Below, piece by piece: positions 1 to 8,730 of a stretch of 64,000 nucleotides of DNA. The notes beneath the pieces were generated by a model, which was not told the DNA's origin, did no database searches, and saw only the letters and a program-made list of their open reading frames with translations. The DNA lies in assembly GCA_963675295.2 (NCBI GenBank), contig CAXXKJ010000002.1:448001-512000 (forward strand). The letters are read 5' to 3'. Source of the DNA: a bacterium (lineage in GTDB: Bacteria; Electryoneota; Electryoneia; Electryoneales; Electryoneaceae). A program made the position numbers and the translations under genes. The stretch's first letter is position 1. Each line of letters starts with the position of its first letter.

Positions 1-6
1 AGCGAT

Positions 7-924
7 CTAGGCCACTTCCTTGCGTCGCCGGCCCTTATCCTTCATCCAGAGCAGGCTGAGCGCGACGCCGAAGATGATCAGTGTCACCGCACCGCCGAGT
101 TTCATCACCTGTCCGGCGACGACGACATAGCCCTCGGCGTCCGGATCGTAATGCATGCAATACAGCAGCACGCGGTCAACGGTTGTGCCGATCTCGCCGT
201 TTGATGCTTCCACGATGCCCAGCCGGAAATCGCGTTTCTTGTATTCGATCCCGTACAGATAGCGGGCGATCTTGCCCTCCGGGGACAGAATCTGTACGAC
301 AGCCGGGTGCATGAATTCCTTGCGTTTGCTGTCGTAGTAGTACTTGAACCCGACCTGCGTGGTCAACGAATCCAGCGTCGCCTGTTCGGCGGTGTAAAAT
401 GTCCACGGCTGCCCGACTTTCGTGTCGGGAAGTTCGCCGTTAAAGCGTTCTTCGGACGCCCGGCTGCGTTGCGGCAGCTCGTTCGGATCGACGCTGACGG
501 TGATGATCCGGTAGTCCTCGCCGGGGACGAGGTCGCTGGCGCGTGTGATGCTGCTGACGCCGTTCAACACCAGGCTGCACAACATCGGGCAGTCGCTGTA
601 GTGAAAGACCAGCACGACGGGAAGGTCGCCGACAAACGCGGTGCCGAGTGTGATGGTGTCGCCGTCACTGTTGATCACCGGCAGGGTGAGGTCGATGGTG
701 TCGCCGAGGTGTTCGACGACGTCGATCTTCTCCTGGAATGCCGGTTTCTCCTGCAGCACCTGGCCCCGTGCTGCGGCGAATGCCATCAGCACGAAAAAGA
801 CGATCAGAATCAGCTGGATGAGGGGAATGCCGCCCAACGTTGGGCCGCATCCGCCGACGTTACAGCTCTGGCCGTCGGGTTCATCCGGCGTGACGTGATT
901 CTCGTTTTGTTCTTGCTTGTCCAT
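7..924 (-). CDS. SCO family copper chaperone (cytochrome c oxidase assembly)
   Basis: CPMLC (CxxxC) motif, conserved His in FMHPA, thioredoxin-like core, C-terminal LLYC.HYDP motif plus TM helix. Confidence 0.9.
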   Translation of the reverse strand: MDKQEQNENHVTPDEPDGQSCNVGGCGPTLGGIPLIQLILIVFFVLMAFAAARGQVLQEKPAFQEKIDVVEHLGDTIDLTLPVINSDGDTITLGTAFVGDLPVVLVFHYSDCPMLCSLVLNGVSSITRASDLVPGEDYRIITVSVDPNELPQRSRASEERFNGELPDTKVGQPWTFYTAEQATLDSLTTQVGFKYYYDSKRKEFMHPAVVQILSPEGKIARYLYGIEYKKRDFRLGIVEASNGEIGTTVDRVLLYCMHYDPDAEGYVVVAGQVMKLGGAVTLIIFGVALSLLWMKDKGRRRKEVA

Positions 925-927
925 GGA

Positions 928-1299
928 TTACTTCGACCGGCGCGCGTCCTGCATGCGCTCCTGGTACGCCTCTTCTACCATCAATTCCATCGCGCGATCA
1001 ATCGGGATGCGCACGATGCCCTGTGTCGAATCGACCCACTCGTAGGTGTTCAAGTTGCGTGTTGAGCGGGCGCGAATTTCGACGAGCTTTGGATCGACAC
1101 GGGAGGAAACCTGCGCGGCGATCACCTCTTCGCTGGTGGCGACGAACAACTCGTTCAGAAAAACAGTCACCACGGCGATGGTGAGGATCGACGCGATCAG
1201 TCCGATGAAGATCGCGCGGCCCTTGGTGTCGCTGCGTTCGTAACCCTGTTCGCCGGTTGGTGGCGTGTGGGCCGACGGGTTCTGTGTTGCTTCACTCAT
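928..1299 (-). CDS. Small single-TM protein of cytochrome c oxidase / alternative complex III clusters
   Basis: GYERSD motif, one TM helix, YEWVD...VRIPIDRAM motif; 3 bp from the SCO gene. Confidence 0.7.
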   Translation of the reverse strand: MSEATQNPSAHTPPTGEQGYERSDTKGRAIFIGLIASILTIAVVTVFLNELFVATSEEVIAAQVSSRVDPKLVEIRARSTRNLNTYEWVDSTQGIVRIPIDRAMELMVEEAYQERMQDARRSK

Positions 1300-1335
1300 T
1301 CGGGGAGCTCGCTGCTGTTGAATTTGTTGCGGGCA

Positions 1336-1364
1336 AAGTTAGGAACCACAAACTTTCGCGTCAA
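1336..1364 (-). promoter_or_regulatory. Sigma70-type promoter for the SCO operon
   Basis: Minus strand TTGACG-17 bp-TAACTT, about 35 bp upstream of the ATG at 1299. Confidence 0.55.
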
Positions 1365-1633
1365 GTGCCAACGTACAAAGTTTTTTCACTGCGTGACCCC
1401 CGCGATCCAGTCCGTAAGCGGTTTGTAACTGCTTTCGGTGCCGCCTGTTAGGTGGTTGGATGCGTGGGAGTTGGAGCCGATGTGGAACTTAAGCATTCCT
1501 AACTCCCGGAGTCATGGGGTGGGTCTCCTGGGGGCTGTGGGGTGTTGAGAGTGACAGAGCGTTGGATCAATCTGGACGAAATGAGGACGATCCTGCTGCG
1601 TGAGAGGACACACGGGCGAGCCGGTTGAGGAGT

Positions 1634-1675
1634 GGGATCTTCCTCCGCCGCAGACGAACGCGTCGGAGGAATGAC
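1634..1675. repeat. REP-like imperfect palindrome (GTCATTCC...GGAAGATCCC type)
   Basis: TTCCTCCG...CGGAGGAA stem in intergenic DNA. Confidence 0.45.
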
Positions 1676-1762
1676 GTGCAAGGCGAGCATTGCGTGGGGT
1701 ACACAGCGCGGCGATTCGTGGAGATTGTATGTGGCGCTGACGTATCTGACGCGGGTGTCGTG

Positions 1763-2893
1763 TCAGGCGATCAGGGATACAAGCTGGTTGGCGCGGTGGG
1801 TCCAGGTGTGTTCGTTGAGCATGCGGGTGCGGGCGGCGTCCCCGATGGCGGCGGTGTCATCGCTGGACAACGCGGCCAGTTTGGTCGCGAGTTCGGCGCC
1901 GGTTTGTGCGGTGATGCACTCGGTGCCCGGGGCGAGGAACTGGTCGAGGCCTGGTGAGGGCTGAGTGGCGATGCAGCCGCCGCAGCCGGCGATGATGAAC
2001 AGGTGCGGCATCGGGAAGTAGCCGCCGTTGTGCAGCTCCGGTCGGCAGAGACACAGAGTGGCGGCTGGTGTGCCGAAGAAAGCGTTGAGGTCGGTTTCGG
2101 CGACGGGGCCGTGGTAGTGAACGTTGGGTAGTGACGGGCATTCCTGTTCCCAGCCGTGTCCGCCAAGCACGAACCGTTTGTGGTCGATCGCTTTCGCGGG
2201 GCCGAAGAAGAATTCCTGCACGCTGTCGCGGACGGTCTTGTTCAGGTCACCGTTGTACGCGAGCTGGCACTGGAAGCGATCGTCCGCCATCACCGGGCGG
2301 TACTGGATCGGGTCGAGCGCGTGGTAGATGGTTTCGGATCGCTGCGCGCCGAGTTCGAGGTACGCGTCATTGATCGCCGGGCCGCCGCCGTAGGTGAGGA
2401 TGGCGTCATACTCGGGGATCAGTGCCTTGAACAGGTCATGCGGGCTGTTGCGGATGCTGTGCAGGGTGGCGGGCGGATCGATGTCCCAGAACAGGACTTT
2501 GCTGCCGTCCTGCTGGAATTCGAGCAGCTCTTCCTCGAGGAAAACGTCGAACACGCCGACCGCGCTGACCTTGATGACGACGTCAACGCCACGGGCCTGC
2601 GTGAGCACCTTGCGGACGCTGTTGAGCGTGGCGGGATAGATGATCGAACGGGCGTATTCGGGATCGTCGATGTCGCGATTCTTCTGCCGGTCGAAGGCGA
2701 TCGGTTCGTAGAACGTGACCCGGTGACCGTGTTCATGCAGCGCACGGATGATGCCACGGAAATACCGTGTCGCGCGATTCCAGTAGGTAGAGACGAGACT
2801 GGAACCGAAGAACGCGATGTCGAGACCGTTGTTCATGGTGAAGGCGACGCGGCGGACGAAACAGCCACGACGGCTCGGTTTCTCCCTGATCAT
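1763..2893 (-). CDS. CgeB-family glycosyltransferase (start may be 2836)
   Basis: IAFFGSSLVSTYWN..T.YFRG, FWDIDPPAT and C-terminal HTWTHRA motifs. Confidence 0.85.
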   Translation of the reverse strand: MIREKPSRRGCFVRRVAFTMNNGLDIAFFGSSLVSTYWNRATRYFRGIIRALHEHGHRVTFYEPIAFDRQKNRDIDDPEYARSIIYPATLNSVRKVLTQARGVDVVIKVSAVGVFDVFLEEELLEFQQDGSKVLFWDIDPPATLHSIRNSPHDLFKALIPEYDAILTYGGGPAINDAYLELGAQRSETIYHALDPIQYRPVMADDRFQCQLAYNGDLNKTVRDSVQEFFFGPAKAIDHKRFVLGGHGWEQECPSLPNVHYHGPVAETDLNAFFGTPAATLCLCRPELHNGGYFPMPHLFIIAGCGGCIATQPSPGLDQFLAPGTECITAQTGAELATKLAALSSDDTAAIGDAARTRMLNEHTWTHRANQLVSLIA

Positions 2894-3011
2894 CGTGTGA
2901 ATACGGAGGTTGGCACCGTGATGGGTACCGGAGACAATATGCGAGTTACGGGGTGGGGGCTGTGGTGGATGAACCCTGCCGGCGGAGCCATCAGGGGCAC
3001 GTACATCTGAA

Positions 3012-3647
3012 TCAGACGCCGACGAAGAGGCGGAGGAAGAAGCCGACGGGTGCGTCGATCAGCGCCCCGATGATGGACACTTTGGTCACCATGCCGATCA
3101 GCACGACCGCGAGCAGAGCGAACCCGGCAAAACGGGTGAACAGCTGGTACTGGCGCTCGTACTTCGCGGGGAAGAAGAGGTGGACCAGACGGCTGCCGTC
3201 CAGTGGGGGCACCGGCAGCAGGTTGAAGACGGCGAGCACGACGTTGATCACGACGCCGTACAGCAGGATCTGGTAGATCACGGCCGAACTGCCGCTGAGC
3301 GCGTTCGGTTCTGGCATGGCGCGCAGGGCAAACCCGAACGCGGCGGCGATCAGGAAATTGGTAGCTGGGCCGGCGAGGGCGACGAACAGCATGTCGCGTT
3401 TCGGGCTGCGGAAGTGGGCCGGGTTGACCGGGACCGGTTTCGCCCAGCCGAAGTGGATCAGGAAGATCATCAACGTGCCGAACAGGTCGAGGTGCTTCAG
3501 CGGGTTGAGGGTCAGCCGGCCAAGACGTTTCGCGGTTGGATCGCCGAGCAGGAACGCAGCGAGGGCGTGCGCGGCTTCATGCAGCGTCAACCCGAGCAAC
3601 GCGCCGGGGATAATCATCAGGATGCGTGTGAATTCCGGATCGGCCAT
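3012..3647 (-). CDS. Site-2 protease family (M50) membrane metalloprotease
   Basis: HEAAH zinc motif, GWAKPVP, AGP, FNLLPVPPLDG. Confidence 0.93.
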   Translation of the reverse strand: MADPEFTRILMIIPGALLGLTLHEAAHALAAFLLGDPTAKRLGRLTLNPLKHLDLFGTLMIFLIHFGWAKPVPVNPAHFRSPKRDMLFVALAGPATNFLIAAAFGFALRAMPEPNALSGSSAVIYQILLYGVVINVVLAVFNLLPVPPLDGSRLVHLFFPAKYERQYQLFTRFAGFALLAVVLIGMVTKVSIIGALIDAPVGFFLRLFVGV

Positions 3648-3757
3648 GGTGGAAGATAGTGGTGAACGGGACGTGAACGCTGCTTGTCGGGTGTCTCACG
3701 GCTGGGTGGAGTTCTGGTTCCCGGCTTGCGTTCGGGGAATATGAAGCATACACTATA

Positions 3758-3805
3758 AGTGCAATATGGCTGCATTAGTGCACTATAGTGCAGATATATT
3801 GCACT
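3758..3805. promoter_or_regulatory. AT-rich nested palindrome, putative operator upstream of the SatD gene
   Basis: AGTGCAATAT...ATATTGCACT inverted repeat enclosing the perfect palindrome TGCACTATAGTGCA (3779-3792). Confidence 0.5.
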
Positions 3806-3842
3806 AAACCGACTTTGTGCAGAAAAACCGGACTCCTTGAGC

Positions 3843-4490
3843 ATGCAACACACCATGCGCCATATTCTGATGGCGGACGTGATTGAGAGTGGGAAAAAGC
3901 CTCCAGCCGTTGTCCAGCAAGGGTTGCGGGAGATAGTAGAGACCGTAAACGCAAGCTGGGGGGGGCGAATTTTGTCCCCGCTGACGATCACGCTGGGGGA
4001 TGAATTTCAAGGAGTTGTGGATAGTTTGCACACAGGCGTTGAGCTGATCTTTGCATTTGAGAGATTACGATTGGCTCTACGACAACCTTTCGAGTTGCGA
4101 TTTGTCTACCTGTATGGAGTGGTTGAAACGCCGTTGAATCCGGAGCGGGCCCATGGCATGCTTGGAGACGGGTTGACGTCCGCTCGAGAGAGATTGACTC
4201 GTAAACAACGGAACCGTCCGAGATTCGAAGTTGTCGTCAAAGACGAGTGGCAGGACCGGTTGTTCAGGGATTTATTCACCATCATTGAGTCGATCAGCGA
4301 CAGGTGGTCAATTCGTGATTATGGGTTGATCCACGATCTGGTGACGATGGACAAAATCGCGAGTATTGCCAAGTTGCACGGCAAACAAGCGAATCAAATC
4401 TATCGTCGCCGTCAGACTCTGCAAACGGTAGAATATCGTACCATGCGAGATTTACTACTGGAAATAGCTAAGCGCTGGGATGAAAAATGA
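3843..4490 (+). CDS. SatD-family protein (nucleotide-cyclase-like N-domain + C-terminal HTH-like region)
   Basis: ILMADVIES and TITLGDEFQG motifs; C-terminal IAKLHGKQANQIYRR; start may be 3855. Confidence 0.8.
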   Translation: MQHTMRHILMADVIESGKKPPAVVQQGLREIVETVNASWGGRILSPLTITLGDEFQGVVDSLHTGVELIFAFERLRLALRQPFELRFVYLYGVVETPLNPERAHGMLGDGLTSARERLTRKQRNRPRFEVVVKDEWQDRLFRDLFTIIESISDRWSIRDYGLIHDLVTMDKIASIAKLHGKQANQIYRRRQTLQTVEYRTMRDLLLEIAKRWDEK

Positions 4491-4843
4491 AGGTTCCAGA
4501 GTGGATACTTACCGTTGCAATTCCAGTCCTGGTAATTGGTGTCGGTGAACTACTGAGCTACTGGGCTTTCTGGTGGTTGAAAAAAGTGATGGGTCCTCCT
4601 GCATCCTCCCCTCCGGTTGCCGGGGCGACGATGCGAGGCGTATTTGAACGGCTAGTTATTACGTTCGGGCTACTGTTGGGATTCCCACACATCATCACGG
4701 CTTTTGCAGCGTTGAAGCTTGGCACAAGGCTCCATGACGAGACAGGGAGTACGATCTCGAACAACTACTTTCTCGTTGGTAATTTGATGTCCTTATTTAT
4801 CGCGATGGCGTACGCATTCGTGCTTAAAGGGTGGATGGAATGA
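4487..4843 (+). CDS. Small membrane protein resembling the C-terminal half of DUF3307
   Basis: G.FER, K...R and YFLVGNL.S motifs, 3-4 TM segments, ATGA overlap with SatD. Confidence 0.65.
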   Translation: MKVPEWILTVAIPVLVIGVGELLSYWAFWWLKKVMGPPASSPPVAGATMRGVFERLVITFGLLLGFPHIITAFAALKLGTRLHDETGSTISNNYFLVGNLMSLFIAMAYAFVLKGWME

Positions 4844-5718
4844 ACGACTTGCCGACATGGCTGGTGGTGGATGTGCCGGGCGGAGAGCTGGCGGTTGAGG
4901 TGTTGGGCGGTACGTTGCTCGAGCTCGGCGCGAAGGGGATGACGCCGGTCGGGGACCGTTTGCTGGCGGCGTGGTCCGGCAAGGTCGAGCAGGAGCCGTT
5001 GCTGGCGGAAATTCGGCGTGTGGTGGCGTCTCTGGCGGAAGACGGGTTGTTGCCGGATGACCGTGTCGAGGCGAAGCTGGTCGAGGACGAGGACTGGGTT
5101 GGCCGCTGGCGACGGTCATTGGGGCCGATCCGTGCCGGCGAACGATTCCTGATCCTCCCGCCGGGGGTGGAGGCGACGCCGGAAGCGGGCGACCGTGTGT
5201 TGGCAATCGAGCCGCGGATGGCGTTCGGCACCGGCGAGCACGCGACGACACGTCTGGCGTTGGCGGGGTTGGAAACATTGCCGGTGGATGGCGCGCGGGC
5301 GCTCGATCTCGGCTGCGGCAACGGGATTTTGAGCATCGCGGCGGCGCAGTTGGGCGCGACGGAGATTGTCGCGGTGGATTTTGAGGAAGAATCGGTCGAG
5401 GAGACGGCGGAGAACGCGCAGCGGCACGGTGTTGGGGAGATAATTCACGTGGAGCGCGCGGATGTGCTGGAGTGGACGCCTCCCGAGCCGCCGTATGACC
5501 TGTTGATCGCGAACATCTACATCACGCCGATCCTGACCGGGCTGGACCGTTGGTTGAGCTGGGTGAAGCCCGGTGGATTTGCGGTGTTTACCGGGGTCAA
5601 GCAGGGCGATGAAGAGGGGGAACTGTTGGCCGCGCTGGACAGGTTAACGTTGAAGGTGCTCCGCTCGGAGGCACTGGAGACGTGGTTTTGCGTGGTTTCT
5701 GAGCTGGCTGGCCCTTGA
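4840..5718 (+). CDS. prmA: 50S ribosomal protein L11 methyltransferase
   Basis: EDW...W, IEPRMAFGTGEHATT, LDLGCGNGILSI, ANI motifs. Confidence 0.92.
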   Translation: MNDLPTWLVVDVPGGELAVEVLGGTLLELGAKGMTPVGDRLLAAWSGKVEQEPLLAEIRRVVASLAEDGLLPDDRVEAKLVEDEDWVGRWRRSLGPIRAGERFLILPPGVEATPEAGDRVLAIEPRMAFGTGEHATTRLALAGLETLPVDGARALDLGCGNGILSIAAAQLGATEIVAVDFEEESVEETAENAQRHGVGEIIHVERADVLEWTPPEPPYDLLIANIYITPILTGLDRWLSWVKPGGFAVFTGVKQGDEEGELLAALDRLTLKVLRSEALETWFCVVSELAGP

Positions 5719-5873
5719 CCTCGGTGTGTTGTTTCGCCTATACTCGGGGACGATGTATGGCTCCCATGAAAACGTGTGAGGATTGCCTCCCGTATCTTGC
5801 CTACCGATGTTGACCTTCCGCCCGGGTTCGGGCGAACGATCGTAGTACGAACATGCATAGTGGAGACTCTCAG

Positions 5874-7145
5874 ATGGGTTTTCTACGTCCGGCAGGAGCG
5901 TGGCCGCGTGCGGTATGGGCGCTCTCGCTGATGCTGTTGATGGTGTGGGCGTTTTCCGGCTGCGAGGAGAATGGCGTGGAGCCGTCCTCACCGGACGGCG
6001 TGCCGCTCGACAGCGGAGTGATTGATTCGCTTTCGGTGCCTGAGTTCTGGGTGTTGGGGTCGGAGGACTACCGCACGGTGTATCTGTCGCTGGGGTTGAC
6101 TGTCGAAGAGCGCGAAGCGATCCTCGACGGCGACCTGTTGCCGCCGTCGGTGTATATCTGGGTTGGTCCGGCCGGTGACAATGAATACAGCAACAATTTC
6201 CGGCTGCTGGATGATGGCGGCGCGCTTGTGAACCAGACGAACGCGGAGTACGCCGATTCGTTGTCCGGCGATTTGATCCCGGGCGACCAGGTGTTCCAGG
6301 CGCGGATCAACAGCGGGTTTGCTGATGAGGCCGGGGACTATGTGTTCTATGTCCAGGTCGTTGGCCTCCAGCGGCCAGGTAATGCGACGGACGAAGGATC
6401 GGATCCGATCCTCGAGGTGACGGTTACGGTTTCCGCCAACGAACCGCCGGTATTCAGCGATCCGAACTTGCCGGACAGTCTGCATGCCGGGTTCGACGCG
6501 CAGCAGTGGTCGGTGAATGTGGTTGACCCGAACGAATCGCTCGGCGATGATGTGGTGGATGTGATGATGGAGCTGAAGGCGGGCGACATTGTTTACCGTG
6601 AAAACCTGTTCGCGGAGTTGGACGCGCCGGTGTGGACGTTCACGGCGGACTCGACGTTCGCGGCAGGGCTGGAAACGGCGGAGTACACGATGTCGTTCAC
6701 GGCGTCCGACCAGTTCGACCAAGTGACCGATCCGCCGTTCGAGCATACGGTCTGGATCGAGAACAGCGCGCCGGACCTGCTGTCGCTTTCCGCGCCGGAC
6801 ACGGCGTACCAGCCGGGGCCGGACGATCCGCCGAATGTGTACGCGTTCGAGCTGAACGTGGAAGACCATCAGGGCCAGGGCGACATCGAGGAAGTGTATT
6901 ACGAGGTGACGGACCCGACGGGCAACCACTATGGCAACCCGGCGTTTGTTTTCCGTGATGATGGCGAGGATCCGGACCCGGTGGCGGGTGACCGGATCTG
7001 GAGTCATGGGTTCATTGTCACAAGCTCGGTGTCCAATTTTGGCACGTATACGTTCACGTTCTACGCGCGTGACCGTGCGGGGAATGTGTCTGACCCGATC
7101 GAGCATGAACTTGAACTGATCTCCAGCTCGGAGCCGCAGCCATGA
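5874..7145 (+). CDS. Lipoprotein with Ig-like / choice-of-anchor-X-like domains
   Basis: Lipobox AFSG-C; two DDG...D..GD motifs; ARDRAGNVS. Confidence 0.7.
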   Translation: MGFLRPAGAWPRAVWALSLMLLMVWAFSGCEENGVEPSSPDGVPLDSGVIDSLSVPEFWVLGSEDYRTVYLSLGLTVEEREAILDGDLLPPSVYIWVGPAGDNEYSNNFRLLDDGGALVNQTNAEYADSLSGDLIPGDQVFQARINSGFADEAGDYVFYVQVVGLQRPGNATDEGSDPILEVTVTVSANEPPVFSDPNLPDSLHAGFDAQQWSVNVVDPNESLGDDVVDVMMELKAGDIVYRENLFAELDAPVWTFTADSTFAAGLETAEYTMSFTASDQFDQVTDPPFEHTVWIENSAPDLLSLSAPDTAYQPGPDDPPNVYAFELNVEDHQGQGDIEEVYYEVTDPTGNHYGNPAFVFRDDGEDPDPVAGDRIWSHGFIVTSSVSNFGTYTFTFYARDRAGNVSDPIEHELELISSSEPQP

Positions 7146-8719
7146 CGAGACTTTTCCGGGCCATTGCCGTGCTGGCCGTGAGTGTGCTGCTTGCGGCAGT
7201 GGGGTTCGCCGAACATCCGCGCAAGGCGGTGACATTCCGGTTCGCCAGTGAGGCGACACGTGTCGCGCCGTTCGGGATTGCCGGGCAGACGGACGGGATT
7301 CCGTCCAACTCTGTGATCGACCTCGATATCGCGCCGCCGTACCTGTGGTTGGCGACGGGTTCGGGGCTTGGCCGGTTCAAGCCGTCCTTCGGGGCGATGA
7401 ATCCGGCGGACGGTGAGTGGTTTGTCTCGACGCATGAGGACGAAGGGTTTGGCCGTGGCGGTGTCAGCGCGGCAACGTCCACGGTGACATCGTGGGGCGA
7501 CACGGTGATCTGGTCTGCGACGGCGTTTGATTCGCTGGCGGCTGGTGAAAACCTGGCGACCGGCGGTGGTGTCGGCTTCAGCCTCGATCATGGCGAAACG
7601 TGGTCATGGATGCCGCAGCCGGTGGATCAGCTCAGCGACACGATGGACAACATGTCGCCGACGGTGACACCGATCCAGAACGTGACGTATGACATCGGTG
7701 TGTTGCAGGACCGTGTCTGGATCACGAGCTGGGGCGGCGGTATTCGCTATTTCGACATGTTCGAGGGGATGGGTGACGAATCACCGGGCGATCTGGAGTG
7801 GGTCAACCAGCCGCCGGATACGTTATCGTTCGATGTACTCGCGCACAACAACCATCGCGGCTTCAGCGTGGCAACGATGGAGGAGGACAGCCTGCTGTGG
7901 GTTGGCACGGCGGACGGGATCAACCTCAGCCGTGACAACGGGGAAACGTGGCAGAATTTCAGCCATTCCGGCGTGGATGAAGCGACCCCGAACGGCAACT
8001 TCGTGCCAGCGATGGGCGCGCAGGTGCTGGACGATGGCCGTCACCTGCTGTGGGCCGGCTGCTGGGTGGTGGATGCGGAGGACGGCGAGTTTTACGGCGT
8101 CAGCGTGACAGATAATGAAGGGATCACGTGGCGTCGGGTGCTCGGCGGGCCGAACGATCCGATCCGGGTGCACAACTTCGCGTTCCAGGATTCAATCGTG
8201 TATGCCGCGACCGAATACGGGTTGTACAAATCGGCGGATTTCGGGGAAACGTGGGGCGTGTTCCCGAAGCCGGTGGATCTGATGAACGGCGAACGCTGGT
8301 TTGACGATGAGGTGTACGCCGCGGCCTCCGGGCTGGACCGGCTGTGGGTCGGCGGGCCGGAAGGGTTGGGGATCAGCAGCAGCGGCGGGAATGCGTGGTC
8401 GATTGAGCGCACGAACGCCGAGCTGGGTGCTGAGGATGATACCTACGCGTTCCCGAACCCGTTCTCGCCGAAACGGTTCCCCGTGGTGCGGATGCGGTAC
8501 ACGATGCCGTCGTCGGGGAGTGTGACGGTCGAGATTTACGATTTCGCGCTGGAATTGCTTGTGCGTCCGATCAGCGACGAGTTCCGTGGCGCCGGAGAAC
8601 ACACGGAGGTGTGGGACGGTCGGGACCCCAACGGCGGCGAGATCGCGAATGGGGTGTACTTCTACCGCATTGAAGGTGGCGGTCAGGAGCGTTGGGGCAA
8701 GATTCTGGTGATGGATTGA
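7142..8719 (+). CDS. Secreted BNR/Asp-box beta-propeller protein with FlgD-like T9SS CTD
   Basis: Signal peptide, S.D.G.TW repeats, FPNPFSP...WDGRD..G..IANGVYFY. Confidence 0.8.
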   Translation: MTRLFRAIAVLAVSVLLAAVGFAEHPRKAVTFRFASEATRVAPFGIAGQTDGIPSNSVIDLDIAPPYLWLATGSGLGRFKPSFGAMNPADGEWFVSTHEDEGFGRGGVSAATSTVTSWGDTVIWSATAFDSLAAGENLATGGGVGFSLDHGETWSWMPQPVDQLSDTMDNMSPTVTPIQNVTYDIGVLQDRVWITSWGGGIRYFDMFEGMGDESPGDLEWVNQPPDTLSFDVLAHNNHRGFSVATMEEDSLLWVGTADGINLSRDNGETWQNFSHSGVDEATPNGNFVPAMGAQVLDDGRHLLWAGCWVVDAEDGEFYGVSVTDNEGITWRRVLGGPNDPIRVHNFAFQDSIVYAATEYGLYKSADFGETWGVFPKPVDLMNGERWFDDEVYAAASGLDRLWVGGPEGLGISSSGGNAWSIERTNAELGAEDDTYAFPNPFSPKRFPVVRMRYTMPSSGSVTVEIYDFALELLVRPISDEFRGAGEHTEVWDGRDPNGGEIANGVYFYRIEGGGQERWGKILVMD

Positions 8720-8730
8720 GGGGCGATCTG

